Shown: in pieces, positions 1-8,159 of the stretch
How positions within the stretch are numbered: the first letter of the stretch is position 1
Layout of the letters: each line of letters opens with the position of its first letter
Source: a virus
Lineage: Duplodnaviria; Caudoviricetes
Virus record (IMG/VR): IMGVR_UViG_3300032330_001210
Location: 1-33,346 of that record
Strand: one strand, 5' to 3'
DNA: 33,346 bases
Program-made: the position numbers and the translations under genes
The notes under the pieces: model-generated
Told to the model about the DNA's origin: nothing
Seen by the model: the letters and a program-made list of their open reading frames with translations, nothing else
Databases searched by the model: none

Positions 1-123
1 ACGGCTGGAGATGTTGGCCGGACTGTTCGATCCGGTCAGCGTCAGCGTGCAGTTTAGAAATTGCATTTCCAGATTTGCAAAGTCGTCGCTGTCGTAAGGA
101 AACAGCGCTTTGACCGGCTTGCA
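1..123. repeat. Terminal direct repeat, left copy (123 bp; contig circularity overlap)
   Basis: 1-123 (acggctggag...ccggcttgca) is identical to 33224-33346 and lies inside the terL reading frame. Confidence 0.97.
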
Positions 124-486
124 TTTTTCAAAAATCGGCACAAGTCGCGTCTTGGAATATGACCGAGCCAGATCCGCGTTGGGCATGACCAGCAAAGACG
201 GCGCTGGGTCGTTGGCGATTCGATACGCCAGCCACACCGCCAGCGTCAGCGTCTTCCCTGTCTGCGATCCCCAGCATAGGCAGACCGTGTGAACGCCCGG
301 ATCCGCCAGCGCTTCGAGCACGCCGCGGACGTAGGGCGAGTTGGCCGTGGAGTACAGCCCGGGCCGAGCCGTGATCCGGCTGTCCAGTTGGATGTTCCGT
401 TCCACCCACTCAATCACGGACGGCGGCTTCTCATAATGCCAGCGGGCCTTTTCCCGCCGGCGTAGTTCGGTCTGAGCTTTGGTCAT
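1..486 (-). CDS. terL: Terminase large subunit, N-terminal part (lambda GpA family); continues across the circular junction into 33223..31958, about 583 aa in total
   Basis: Manual translation from ATG at 486 (ATGA overlap with the upstream stop): MTKAQTELRRREKARW...PGLYSTANSPYVRGVLEAL...WGSQTGKT (Walker A)...LVMPNADLA...FANLEMQFLN, in frame with the 31958..33289 ORF; missing from the ORF track. Confidence 0.93.
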   Translation of the reverse strand, partial: MTKAQTELRRREKARWHYEKPPSVIEWVERNIQLDSRITARPGLYSTANSPYVRGVLEALADPGVHTVCLCWGSQTGKTLTLAVWLAYRIANDPAPSLLVMPNADLARSYSKTRLVPIFEKCKPVKALFPYDSDDFANLEMQFLNCTLTLTGSNSPANISSR

Positions 487-902
487 ACCTTACCGGCGCA
501 GTTCAAGATTGTCTGATTGAGATTCAGCAGTTCTTGAATTCCATTTTCCAGTGAACCAACGTTTCGTGCTCTGGCCAGCAGCCAAGGCGATGGGTTGTCG
601 TTTGATGTAAAAAACAGAACAGGCTTGCCTTTCATGTGGGCGTAAAATATTTCCATTCCTGTTCCCCATCCCGGCTTTTCGCAGTTGGCAAAAATCACAC
701 TCGAATTGTCCACGCAAAGCATATCTTCTTTCACAATCTTTGTGCTGTTGACTGTGTCGAACTTTGTTCCGCGATAATCTCGATTTATTGGATTGAGAAC
801 GTTATAAACAGCAGAAAGTTTTTCGGTCGCTATTTTTCGCCACTCCTGCTCTGCGTTTGTGGTGCCGTAAATAGCTCCGGCAAGATAAACTTTTGGTTTC
901 AT
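483..902 (-). CDS. Nucleoside 2-deoxyribosyltransferase-like / nucleotide N-glycosidase (NDT/DNPH1 fold)
   Basis: KVYLAG at the N-terminus, VLNP, ED...D, GTGMEIFYA (catalytic Glu motif), KGKPV. Confidence 0.85.
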   Translation of the reverse strand: MKPKVYLAGAIYGTTNAEQEWRKIATEKLSAVYNVLNPINRDYRGTKFDTVNSTKIVKEDMLCVDNSSVIFANCEKPGWGTGMEIFYAHMKGKPVLFFTSNDNPSPWLLARARNVGSLENGIQELLNLNQTILNCAGKV

Positions 903-1336
903 ATATTTTCCACCTTTACCCGGTTGTTTGATCCCTCCTGCAAAACGATTGATTTCAGTTTTAGCTTTTCTGTCTCAAAGGTTTTAAGTCGCTTAAAAAA
1001 CCAATTCCCGACGTTCTCTAAGGTTGTAGGAAAATCAAAAACTTCATTCAGGTTGTGATGGTCGCAGCAACGCACAAGAGTTTGGGTGTATCCCTTGAGC
1101 TCTCCAAAGGGCGAGATCATGGGCTCCCGATCGGTTGGAAATCCCTCCCACTCCACGTCGAGAGAGTACGTGTGGCCGTGATTATAAAAACACTTCATCA
1201 GGTCAAGAAGTGACTGATGACTCAAATACCCAAAGTCTTCTTTTTTTAGATTATGAGATGCGTCGAACTTGAACGACTGAATGATTGTGTACTTTGCGCC
1301 GCCGAGTTTTGTTTTGTTTAGGTCTTTAGCAAACAT
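899..1336 (-). CDS. queD: QueD / 6-pyruvoyl-tetrahydropterin synthase family (CPH4 synthase)
   Basis: FKFDASH...C..NHGHTY metal-binding/catalytic motif, DHHNLNE, PTTLEN, terminal LQE. Confidence 0.88.
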   Translation of the reverse strand: MFAKDLNKTKLGGAKYTIIQSFKFDASHNLKKEDFGYLSHQSLLDLMKCFYNHGHTYSLDVEWEGFPTDREPMISPFGELKGYTQTLVRCCDHHNLNEVFDFPTTLENVGNWFFKRLKTFETEKLKLKSIVLQEGSNNRVKVENI

Positions 1337-1950
1337 TTCTGTTTTCTCCCTTCACCGTTTTTTTCCTCTAAATAATCGACCATCGGCTTCAGTCTGTTCA
1401 TGCCCCCCCGGAACCATCCAGTGCCGTCGCAGCTTTCAATTCCAAGATCATCGCAGATCCATAATCCCTCATAAGAATTCACCCGGCCGCAGTGGATTCT
1501 TTTTTGAGTGGCTGCAAATATTGGGAGCGCCTTCCACTTCCATTTGAAAGATCCGCCCATGAAAACCACGCTGGCATTTTCTGGAACATCATCAGGAGTC
1601 ATCCCGTCCTGTGCTACAAAGGCCAGTGAGAATCCTAGTTTTTCAATCCTTTCGCTGTGCTTGTCCCACAGTCGCTTTGTTTCGTCCTTATCCCCGACCT
1701 TGTCCGGGCAGGCCACCCACAACGGCGGCCGGCCGTCTGCCGCCTTGTCGAGTGTCTTGTAAAAACTCGCTTCATCCCACTCCGTTCCATTTGTAAATGC
1801 GTAGTAGGCTCCGTTGTCGATTGCATATGGGATCACCTCCGGGGCGTATCTCCATCCGTTCGGCGAGATCAAAAGGCCGATCGAATTAGGAAATTTGCCG
1901 GCAATAAAGCCGACCATGAATCCAGTATTATTTGCCGGCATGATTATCAC
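1318..1950 (-). CDS. Compact tRNA-guanine-transglycosylase (TGT)/DpdA-like base-exchange protein
   Basis: IDNGAY (cf. TGT DSG), PD, VAQDG, FMGGS, IHCGRVN, ESCDGTGW (cf. the nucleophile Asp motif) occur in TGT-barrel order; adjacent to queD. Confidence 0.7.
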   Translation of the reverse strand: MIIMPANNTGFMVGFIAGKFPNSIGLLISPNGWRYAPEVIPYAIDNGAYYAFTNGTEWDEASFYKTLDKAADGRPPLWVACPDKVGDKDETKRLWDKHSERIEKLGFSLAFVAQDGMTPDDVPENASVVFMGGSFKWKWKALPIFAATQKRIHCGRVNSYEGLWICDDLGIESCDGTGWFRGGMNRLKPMVDYLEEKNGEGRKQKCLLKT

Positions 1951-2438
1951 AGCGCCGCTTCCACCTGCCTCATGATCTGCCCCACCTCGTTTTCAACCTC
2001 TGCCTGCACCTCGGCCGCCGGACGGTTGGCGCAGATCGGAGCCAGCCTTTTCGCCATGCCTTTCAGCAACGGGATCAGCGCGTTGTCCCGGGCGGCCAGC
2101 AGCTTGTCGGCCTCATCCACAGGCACCATTTTCCCCTCGGCTTCGTTAATGTCGGGCCGGTCGCCTTTCATTTTTCTCAGCGCCTCCACGACTCGGGTAT
2201 AGTCGCTGATCAATGCCGACCGCTCCGGGCCGGTGGCCTGCTTGGCCGCCTCTCCCAGCGTGGCGGCCAGTGATTCCAGCCGGTCGATTTCGCCGTCCAG
2301 ACCGACGCCGTCGATCGCCTCGAGTGCTTTGGGCGGGTTTGCGGCCGCCTGCTTTTCAAGCTGGCGCCGAGCTTGGCGCAGACCGACGCCGGCAGCGGCG
2401 GCCTGTGCATGGATGGCGGTGTTTTTAGGGCGTCCCAT
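1947..2438 (-). CDS. terS: Terminase small subunit (Nu1-like)
   Basis: Helical 163 aa protein with GKMVPVDE...KRLAP...EVQAEVENEV resembling the Nu1 C-terminus; first gene of the unit leading to a GpA-type TerL. Confidence 0.7.
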   Translation of the reverse strand: MGRPKNTAIHAQAAAAGVGLRQARRQLEKQAAANPPKALEAIDGVGLDGEIDRLESLAATLGEAAKQATGPERSALISDYTRVVEALRKMKGDRPDINEAEGKMVPVDEADKLLAARDNALIPLLKGMAKRLAPICANRPAAEVQAEVENEVGQIMRQVEAAL

Positions 2439-2574
2439 AGGTCAAAGTAAGGTTTTTAAATTTCACTCAAAAAAGGGATGGCAGTGCGTTGCATCGCGGA
2501 GATTTGCCTTGGTTGAAGAGATTCCTTTATACGCCCCGTGGCGGGGGGTATGTGGTGGGGGTGGCTGTGGTCTA

Positions 2575-3039
2575 TCATTCCGCCCCTTTAAGCTCGTTGT
2601 AGGCCCTTACAATTGGCTCAGCTTCGCGTATAAACTGCTCGCGCAACTCAGCATCCTGACTGATGTACTTTGATCCGCGATTACCTAGCCACTGGCAGGC
2701 TTTGATCACGGGCCACAGGAACGGCTTGGGGTCGGCCGGCACGCTGGCCGTGATCGGATCGGGCAGCATACCGATCCGCAGATATGTCTGCCGCATCTCT
2801 CCAGCGTCAGCCTGGCCTGATGTGATCTTATGCTGGGCGGCCGCCACTTTCTCATAACGCCGACCAACCTCCTCAGTGATCCCGGCCTGCTCGCATAGAT
2901 CCCGGACGTCCTCGCCGTCTGTCCGGGCCTGCTGGATAATCGTGCCAGCCTCAGCCGCCAGTCCGATGGTCTTGCCCACCAGTTCCAGCGCCTTATCGCG
3001 TGTGTCGTTAAGTTTAGTGACGATTGCTTTTAGTTTCAT
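2575..3039 (-). CDS. Hypothetical helical protein (possible HTH, DUF3102-like)
   Basis: 154 aa ORF coupled to the upstream gene; LCEQAGITEEVGRRYEKVA is an HTH-like segment. Confidence 0.6.
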   Translation of the reverse strand: MKLKAIVTKLNDTRDKALELVGKTIGLAAEAGTIIQQARTDGEDVRDLCEQAGITEEVGRRYEKVAAAQHKITSGQADAGEMRQTYLRIGMLPDPITASVPADPKPFLWPVIKACQWLGNRGSKYISQDAELREQFIREAEPIVRAYNELKGAE

Positions 3040-3515
3040 TTCTTTATCCCTTTCTTGACTGCGGCCATGTTGAATTTTGGAGCCTCACGCCGCCGCTGTG
3101 CGTGCACTCTGTACGCCCGCTTGCGATAGGACTCTCTGGCCTTATCGCTTTTCTGTGATCGAGACCGGATCCCAAGCCGGTCATAAACCTCTGTAACCTG
3201 CTTACTGATGGCCTGCTTAGTCACGCCGTACCGCTTAGCCACGGCCGTCATGGACTCCGGCGATTTGTTCAGGGCTATGTTCAGCACGGCATGGCCGAGC
3301 GTGTCCGTCCGGTTAGCCATCGCTGGGTGATCAGGTGCCTTCGCCATCAGGTATTCGATCACCTTGGTCGTGGTGAACGCCGTGCTTGTGGTGACCGTGA
3401 TCTTGAGCTCGGAATAAGCCTCAAACACCAAATCAGACAGCGAATCCATGGCCATCGCCGGGTGCTGAAAGTTGGCGGGTATTTTTTCGATGATTTCTGC
3501 GCTGTTTATGATCAC
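3036..3515 (-). CDS. HTH DNA-binding protein (sigma-70 region-4-like), candidate late transcription regulator
   Basis: ESMTAVAKRYGVTKQAISKQV helix-turn-helix with a basic C-terminus; lies between replication and packaging genes. Confidence 0.65.
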   Translation of the reverse strand: MIINSAEIIEKIPANFQHPAMAMDSLSDLVFEAYSELKITVTTSTAFTTTKVIEYLMAKAPDHPAMANRTDTLGHAVLNIALNKSPESMTAVAKRYGVTKQAISKQVTEVYDRLGIRSRSQKSDKARESYRKRAYRVHAQRRREAPKFNMAAVKKGIKK

Positions 3516-3526
3516 CGGAAATACCC

Positions 3527-3649
3527 CCTATGGATGGTCAATGGATGGAAATTATGAACCCTATCGATGGATATTCCCTTAAAGGGGGAATATCCATCCA
3601 TAGGAGTTCGACCAATTTCCGGTGATAGAAAAATAATAAGTGGTGATAG
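3527..3649. promoter_or_regulatory. Inverted-repeat/iteron region, candidate replication origin or operator
   Basis: Perfect 13-bp inverted repeat gatggatattccc (3566-3578) / gggaatatccatc (3586-3598); tggatgg repeats at 3531 and 3542; ggtgatag at 3621 and 3642; AT-rich intergenic gap right after the primase-helicase. Confidence 0.55.
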
Positions 3650-3660
3650 GTTTTTTGGGG

Positions 3661-5628
3661 TCATTTTTGATCCTCGTTTAATACGTATTTTTTGGCTTTT
3701 TCTGTGCCTATATTTTTGATCAAACCTTCGATTTCCCATGCCGCTGTCAGATCCCTGCTTTTTGTGTGACCAATCTTCGATTTGTTGCGGATTAAACTTT
3801 GCAGATCGCCGGCGCTTATCCCTTTTGAGATAGAACTGCGATAATCCTCAAAGTTGACCACAATCTCCGGCCGGCCTGCCGTCTTCCGCTCCGGCTCATC
3901 GGCTCCAATCCACGCCAGCCCAACATCGCTATGGCGTAGATTCACGTAAGGCTGAATGGAAGTTTGCGCCACAATGCCCCCAGAATTGAGATTTGACCGC
4001 TTCCCGCGCTTAGTCACCTCTAGGCGGTAAACGTTGCGCTGTTCGGCATCCTGACCGCTTGGCGCAAGTGTTAAAACGCTCCGGGCCCAATTGGTCAGCT
4101 CAGACGATCCAAATCCGCTATATGCCTTGTCGTGCCCTTGATACCCGTTGCCTTCCCGGACGGGCTTTGGCGTATGGTGTATGAGCATCCACGCAAACCC
4201 AGCCGACAGCGACAGCGGGTTCAGCATAGTGCGAAGGAACTCGCTGGCCGTCTCCTGACTCGATAGATCGCCGCCGATAAAGGCCAGCAAGGGATCCACC
4301 CACACCAGATCGACCTTATATTTTTCCACAAGGCGCCGGACACGATCGACGAACTTCTCTCCGGTGGACGTGCAGTCCCGAACGATTATGACGTTCGCCT
4401 TCACCAGCTCGATCTCGTGCGGCGTTAAATTCATCGCCTTCAAAACGCCTTGGATTGCCTCGGCCACGTCTCCCTCGTCGTTCTCGGCCTGAATGATCAG
4501 TGACTTCAGCCAGTTGCCGTGCGGGTTGATGCCAAAGAACGCACGACCGATCGCCCAGGTGATGGCGGCCTGCGCACACAGTACTGACTTACCCAGCCCG
4601 CTGCTACCAACCCACAGCGCCGATCCGCCCCGGCATATCCACCGCTTGCCGAGCAGTTGGGTCGGATCTTGAGTCTCTTTAAAATTGAGCAGGTCGTCCC
4701 ACTTGTAGGGCTCGGGGATGTCGCCAAACAGGATCCGCTCCTTCCATTCTAGGAATGATATTTTAGGCGTTCCGCATTCAACCAAATCCTGCCGCTGGCC
4801 TGTGGCCGTCCGCATCGCCCCGGGCAAACGTGACAAGCGCCCCGCGTCCTTGTTCGCCGGATCAGGCTTGGAATGTTCGAGATGATTGTAAATGAACTCG
4901 ACGCGTTCCTTGAACTCCTCCTGCGTTGTCGCATCGATCCGCACCCACGCGTGCAGACTGCGTGAGCCGCTTTTGATGATGCAGGTGGTAGGCAATCCGC
5001 TCTTTTTAATAATCTTCCACTGCTCATCCATCGTCGATTCATCGAATTCAATCAGGCAGTGCCGCCACTTCACCACGTGCTCAGACTTACGGCCTTTGCC
5101 GTTGTTCGGATTGATCGACGCATACACTCCCACGGCGTTCCCCTGCCATTCCTTCAGCCCTTCGCCTTTGAACAGCTCAAGCCATTCCTCCCGGGTGCGG
5201 GTTTCCCCGGATCCGTCCGGGCGCTCGCGGTCGTCGTCCCGAATGCTGCGCGTGATGTTAATCATCTCGCCAACTTCAAACGCTGCCGTCAGGAACTTCT
5301 CCACTGGCGTCTCGTCCACGCTCCTCGGCATGGCCGGGATTGGTGCGTCATCTTTGATGATTTGTAGATTGTGCAATCGATACTTTCCTTTCGGCTGATA
5401 AGGCTGACGGGCCGGCTGCCTGAATGCGGACTTCGTGCATCCCTCGGCCTCTTTCAGCGGTAGGTTATTTCTGACGCACCATTCCTCGGCGTTCGTCAGC
5501 GTTTCGTCCTGGCACGCACCGGAGTCGCGCCACTGAAGGCACAGCTTGAACAGTTCCGTGTTGCGGGTGCCCTCCGCTGCCCCGTTCTTCATGACTTCAA
5601 CGGCGGACGGTGGTAGTTGGTGGATCAT
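3661..5628 (-). CDS. Primase-helicase: N-terminal PriCT-like domain, RepB-type AEP primase, AAA_25/RepA-like SF4 helicase
   Basis: EGTRNTELFKL (PriCT-like); IEFD, SGSRSLHAW, DPANKDAGRLSRLPG (primase); GSSGLGKS Walker A, VWVDP Walker B, IHHT, GSS. Confidence 0.9.
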   Translation of the reverse strand: MIHQLPPSAVEVMKNGAAEGTRNTELFKLCLQWRDSGACQDETLTNAEEWCVRNNLPLKEAEGCTKSAFRQPARQPYQPKGKYRLHNLQIIKDDAPIPAMPRSVDETPVEKFLTAAFEVGEMINITRSIRDDDRERPDGSGETRTREEWLELFKGEGLKEWQGNAVGVYASINPNNGKGRKSEHVVKWRHCLIEFDESTMDEQWKIIKKSGLPTTCIIKSGSRSLHAWVRIDATTQEEFKERVEFIYNHLEHSKPDPANKDAGRLSRLPGAMRTATGQRQDLVECGTPKISFLEWKERILFGDIPEPYKWDDLLNFKETQDPTQLLGKRWICRGGSALWVGSSGLGKSVLCAQAAITWAIGRAFFGINPHGNWLKSLIIQAENDEGDVAEAIQGVLKAMNLTPHEIELVKANVIIVRDCTSTGEKFVDRVRRLVEKYKVDLVWVDPLLAFIGGDLSSQETASEFLRTMLNPLSLSAGFAWMLIHHTPKPVREGNGYQGHDKAYSGFGSSELTNWARSVLTLAPSGQDAEQRNVYRLEVTKRGKRSNLNSGGIVAQTSIQPYVNLRHSDVGLAWIGADEPERKTAGRPEIVVNFEDYRSSISKGISAGDLQSLIRNKSKIGHTKSRDLTAAWEIEGLIKNIGTEKAKKYVLNEDQK

Positions 5629-5801
5629 TTTTTGGCCTCCATGTCGCGCTTTTGATACCCCTTCGCCCGCTTCAACAGCTCCCGGGCAATCGTCAGTGCC
5701 AGATCCAACCGCGTCCCGGCGGCCTTATGCTGTTCAGCGGCCAGATTGCGCTTGGCGCGTTCCAAGATTTCGACCAGCCATGTGGTGCGTTTGACGCTCA
5801 C
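5625..5801 (-). CDS. Hypothetical protein (58 aa)
   Basis: GTG start at 5801 overlaps the upstream TGA; its stop overlaps the primase ATG. Confidence 0.6.
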   Translation of the reverse strand: MSVKRTTWLVEILERAKRNLAAEQHKAAGTRLDLALTIARELLKRAKGYQKRDMEAKK

Positions 5802-5926
5802 CACTGCCCCATTCCCCACCGCATCCGGTTATTCCGAGCGATGATGACCTGCTGGTCGTACTGAGCCGGCGTGTAGGTTCCGATGACGCGGGCGGAGAAC
5901 ATGGATAGAAGTTGCGCAAGAATCAT
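5798..5926 (-). CDS. Hypothetical protein (42 aa, MILAQLLSMFSARV...RMRWGMGQW)
   Basis: Manual translation; fills the gap exactly, ATG directly after the upstream TAA, GTGA overlap downstream. Confidence 0.55.
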   Translation of the reverse strand: MILAQLLSMFSARVIGTYTPAQYDQQVIIARNNRMRWGMGQW

Positions 5927-6163
5927 TTAATTATCCTTTTTCATTGCTTCCCAATAAGCCGCTCTAAGCTCAGGTTCTAACGTGTCGTCTGCCTCATCTT
6001 CACACGTTTCTATTTCGGCCTGCTCGCTAGCCAGCTCTTCCTCAATCTCTTCCTGACCACAAGAGCAAATCTGCGAATCAATGTGTATGGTGCAATTTAA
6101 GCTATGCCTAGGATAGCGCTTGAGTTTTTCTAATTGAATAAGGCATTCAGACAATAGACTCAT
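5927..6163 (-). CDS. Hypothetical acidic protein with possible zinc-binding H-x3-C...CSCG motif
   Basis: 78 aa, ATGA-coupled, AT-richer than its flanks. Confidence 0.6.
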   Translation of the reverse strand: MSLLSECLIQLEKLKRYPRHSLNCTIHIDSQICSCGQEEIEEELASEQAEIETCEDEADDTLEPELRAAYWEAMKKDN

Positions 6164-6348
6164 TTTTTAATCCTCGTTTCTTGTTTGTTTAAGTATTTCT
6201 CCCATTCCACCCTTGCGGCTTCCGCTTCCTCATCTGTGGCAAATGGCCCCCATCCGCAGTTGGGCCAGCCGGCGCGCATATAAAATCGTTCGCCCATTGG
6301 GTAACCTGCATCTGTAAAAAGACGGCGGCCTATGATCTTTAATTTCAC
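6160..6348 (-). CDS. Hypothetical protein (62 aa)
   Basis: Four-base overlaps on both sides; WGPF motif. Confidence 0.6.
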   Translation of the reverse strand: MKLKIIGRRLFTDAGYPMGERFYMRAGWPNCGWGPFATDEEAEAARVEWEKYLNKQETRIKK

Positions 6349-6626
6349 AGCACGGCCTCCGGCAGCGGCCCGGCCAGCTTGTAGATGTACTTGGAGCTGT
6401 CGTATTCGAGCTGATACCCAAAAAAGTCCCGCAGCAGATCGATGTCCCGCTGAATCGTTTTGTAGCTACATTCGAGCTCCACGCCCATCTTGGCACAGCT
6501 CGGCAGGCACAGATCCCGGCGCAGTTTGCGGGCAATCATCCCCAGGCGGCGGAGCGTCGGGCGGGTGTCGCCCTTGCCCATCGCACGCTGGCGCTTGGAA
6601 GCGAACGTGGCGGAACGTGTCTTCAT
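6345..6626 (-). CDS. Stand-alone winged-HTH protein (HTH_11/DeoR-like, as found N-terminal to WYL regulators)
   Basis: KMGVELECSYKTIQRDIDLLRD...LEYD...YKL. Confidence 0.8.
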   Translation of the reverse strand: MKTRSATFASKRQRAMGKGDTRPTLRRLGMIARKLRRDLCLPSCAKMGVELECSYKTIQRDIDLLRDFFGYQLEYDSSKYIYKLAGPLPEAVL

Positions 6627-6832
6627 TTGCTCACCTCCACTAATCGTCGCTTCAAATCTTCAACACACTGATTCGCCCAAAATCTTACTTTTGCGTTTCC
6701 ATATTGTTCTTCAAAATATTGAAGACAGTGCATGGCCCGCATAATAAATTCTTGCTGATCTTTTAATGTGTTTTTCAATTCTTCAATAAGCTGATCTTTT
6801 TCAAGATTTTCTATCTTTGTTTTATTTTTCAC
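6623..6832 (-). CDS. Hypothetical coiled-coil protein (69 aa)
   Basis: Coupled overlaps on both sides; markedly AT-rich. Confidence 0.6.
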   Translation of the reverse strand: MKNKTKIENLEKDQLIEELKNTLKDQQEFIMRAMHCLQYFEEQYGNAKVRFWANQCVEDLKRRLVEVSK

Positions 6833-7245
6833 TTACTCACCTCCACAGTCGCCACCCTGGGGAGGCGCATCGCGTTGAATTGCGCCTCACTGGCGGCGAA
6901 CACGTCGATCACCGGCAACTTGCCCCCGCTGGCCTTTTTGCTTTTGACCGCCGTGCCCGTATCCACCGCCACCCACTCCCGCTTTCCGTTCAGGATCTTA
7001 ATCTTCGACCACAGCGGAATGATGTCTGGATCAACGGCGCAGTGGCGGCCAGCCCGCAGTCGGGTTCCTGTGCTCGACTGAAAGCGGCTCGACCACTCGT
7101 CCTCACCTGGCCAATACCCAGTGATTCGGACTTTTATTTTCTTCACGTCGATCCGCTTGGACTCCGGCCTGCAATCGATCATGACGTTCGACGCCTGCCC
7201 GGACGTGATCCCGAGGATAGCGAGAATGGACAGAAGCGCTCTCAC
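6829..7245 (-). CDS. Exported 3D-domain (MltA/RlpA-like double-psi barrel) protein
   Basis: Signal-peptide-like N-terminus; ITGY, AVDPDIIPLWS, VDTG.AVK, IDVF supply the three conserved aspartates. Confidence 0.85.
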   Translation of the reverse strand: MRALLSILAILGITSGQASNVMIDCRPESKRIDVKKIKVRITGYWPGEDEWSSRFQSSTGTRLRAGRHCAVDPDIIPLWSKIKILNGKREWVAVDTGTAVKSKKASGGKLPVIDVFAASEAQFNAMRLPRVATVEVSK

Positions 7246-7394
7246 AGTCCCTCCCGGATCCGGTCGATTAGGACGTTCTCGCGTGTCTCGGCGGCGGCCA
7301 GCGCTGCCTTCGCCTCGGCCAGTTCACGGGCCAGCGATCGAACGCGGTTTAGAAGCTGTTCGTGCGTCGTTTGATCGGTCAGGATCTCAATCAC
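7242..7394 (-). CDS. Hypothetical coiled-coil protein (50 aa, MIEILTDQTTHEQLLNRVRSLARELAEAK...)
   Basis: Manual translation; GTG start with upstream GGAGG, GTGA overlap with the next gene. Confidence 0.6.
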   Translation of the reverse strand: MIEILTDQTTHEQLLNRVRSLARELAEAKAALAAAETRENVLIDRIREGL

Positions 7395-8154
7395 AACGCA
7401 CCTCCCGCGGGTCATACTTCTTCAACCAGCGCCAGACCTTGCAAATAGATGTGAACGCCTCGAACGCAAAGCACACCTGCTCTGCCGTGTATTTTACCTC
7501 TGCCAACTGCCCCGTCACTGGATCGATCAACACATTCCGGCAGGCCATGTGCTCGTCCGTGAAGGCGTACGCATAGGCGGACAACTGAAGCAGATCAGTT
7601 TCGTAGCCTGCCGCTTTCCCGTTCTTAAATTTACGTGTCTTAAAATCCACCACCTCAATCTCGCCGTTGATGTCGCAAATCAGATCTACTCGGCCTGCAT
7701 AGCCTTCGGCCTCATTCACCATTACCGATTCACTGGCGTGTACTTTTGTGACATCTTTATGCCATTCCTTCAGCGACTCAAAGTGGGCTTCATATCCGTT
7801 GACCAGCTCGCCCGGCTCCTCGCCGTTGATCAGGATTTCAGCCAAGGAATGAATGTGTGTCCCCCTGGCGGCGGCCGCCTCCACTTCCTTCCGGCTGTCT
7901 AGGACTGCCCGTTTTGCAAAATCAGCTAGCGATTCACCTTCGATAGGAGGCAAAGTAAGCGAGGAGGCCATAGCTTGCTCCACTTGCCAATTTATCAATC
8001 CACCCTTCTGGGGGCCCGCTGCGCCCAGAATGGTGGTGACGGACGGATACGCCCCGACTTTGCGGGCTGAGCGTAGGTCGCCGTGGCACGACTCGCCGGT
8101 CGCCAGATAATAGTGCGACGACTCGGCCTTTGCGGTTGCAATAATAGGCGCCAT
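7387..8154 (-). CDS. PD-(D/E)XK exonuclease (phage Cas4-like/RecB family)
   Basis: YPSVTTIL, RGTHIH, YAGRVDL, DFKT, QLSAY; start placed at MAPII (8154) after the upstream mini-gene stop, whereas the ORF track gives 8178. Confidence 0.88.
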   Translation of the reverse strand: MAPIIATAKAESSHYYLATGESCHGDLRSARKVGAYPSVTTILGAAGPQKGGLINWQVEQAMASSLTLPPIEGESLADFAKRAVLDSRKEVEAAAARGTHIHSLAEILINGEEPGELVNGYEAHFESLKEWHKDVTKVHASESVMVNEAEGYAGRVDLICDINGEIEVVDFKTRKFKNGKAAGYETDLLQLSAYAYAFTDEHMACRNVLIDPVTGQLAEVKYTAEQVCFAFEAFTSICKVWRWLKKYDPREVRCD

Positions 8155-8159
8155 GTAGG

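Noticed and set aside
1-123. 123-bp terminal repeat as a biological DTR or att site
   Set aside because: It lies mid-terL and restores the frame when collapsed; typical assembler overlap of a circular contig
110-409. ORF-track genes 110..292 (+) and 128..409 (-)
   Set aside because: Alternative frames overlapping the real terL N-terminus (486 to 1)
3512-3739. 75-aa ORF spanning the primase end and the palindrome
   Set aside because: Overlaps the primase C-terminus and the repeat element; no motif or convincing start
7387-8154. Cas4 / CRISPR system
   Set aside because: Stand-alone phage exonuclease without the Fe-S cysteine set; no repeat-spacer array or other cas genes seen
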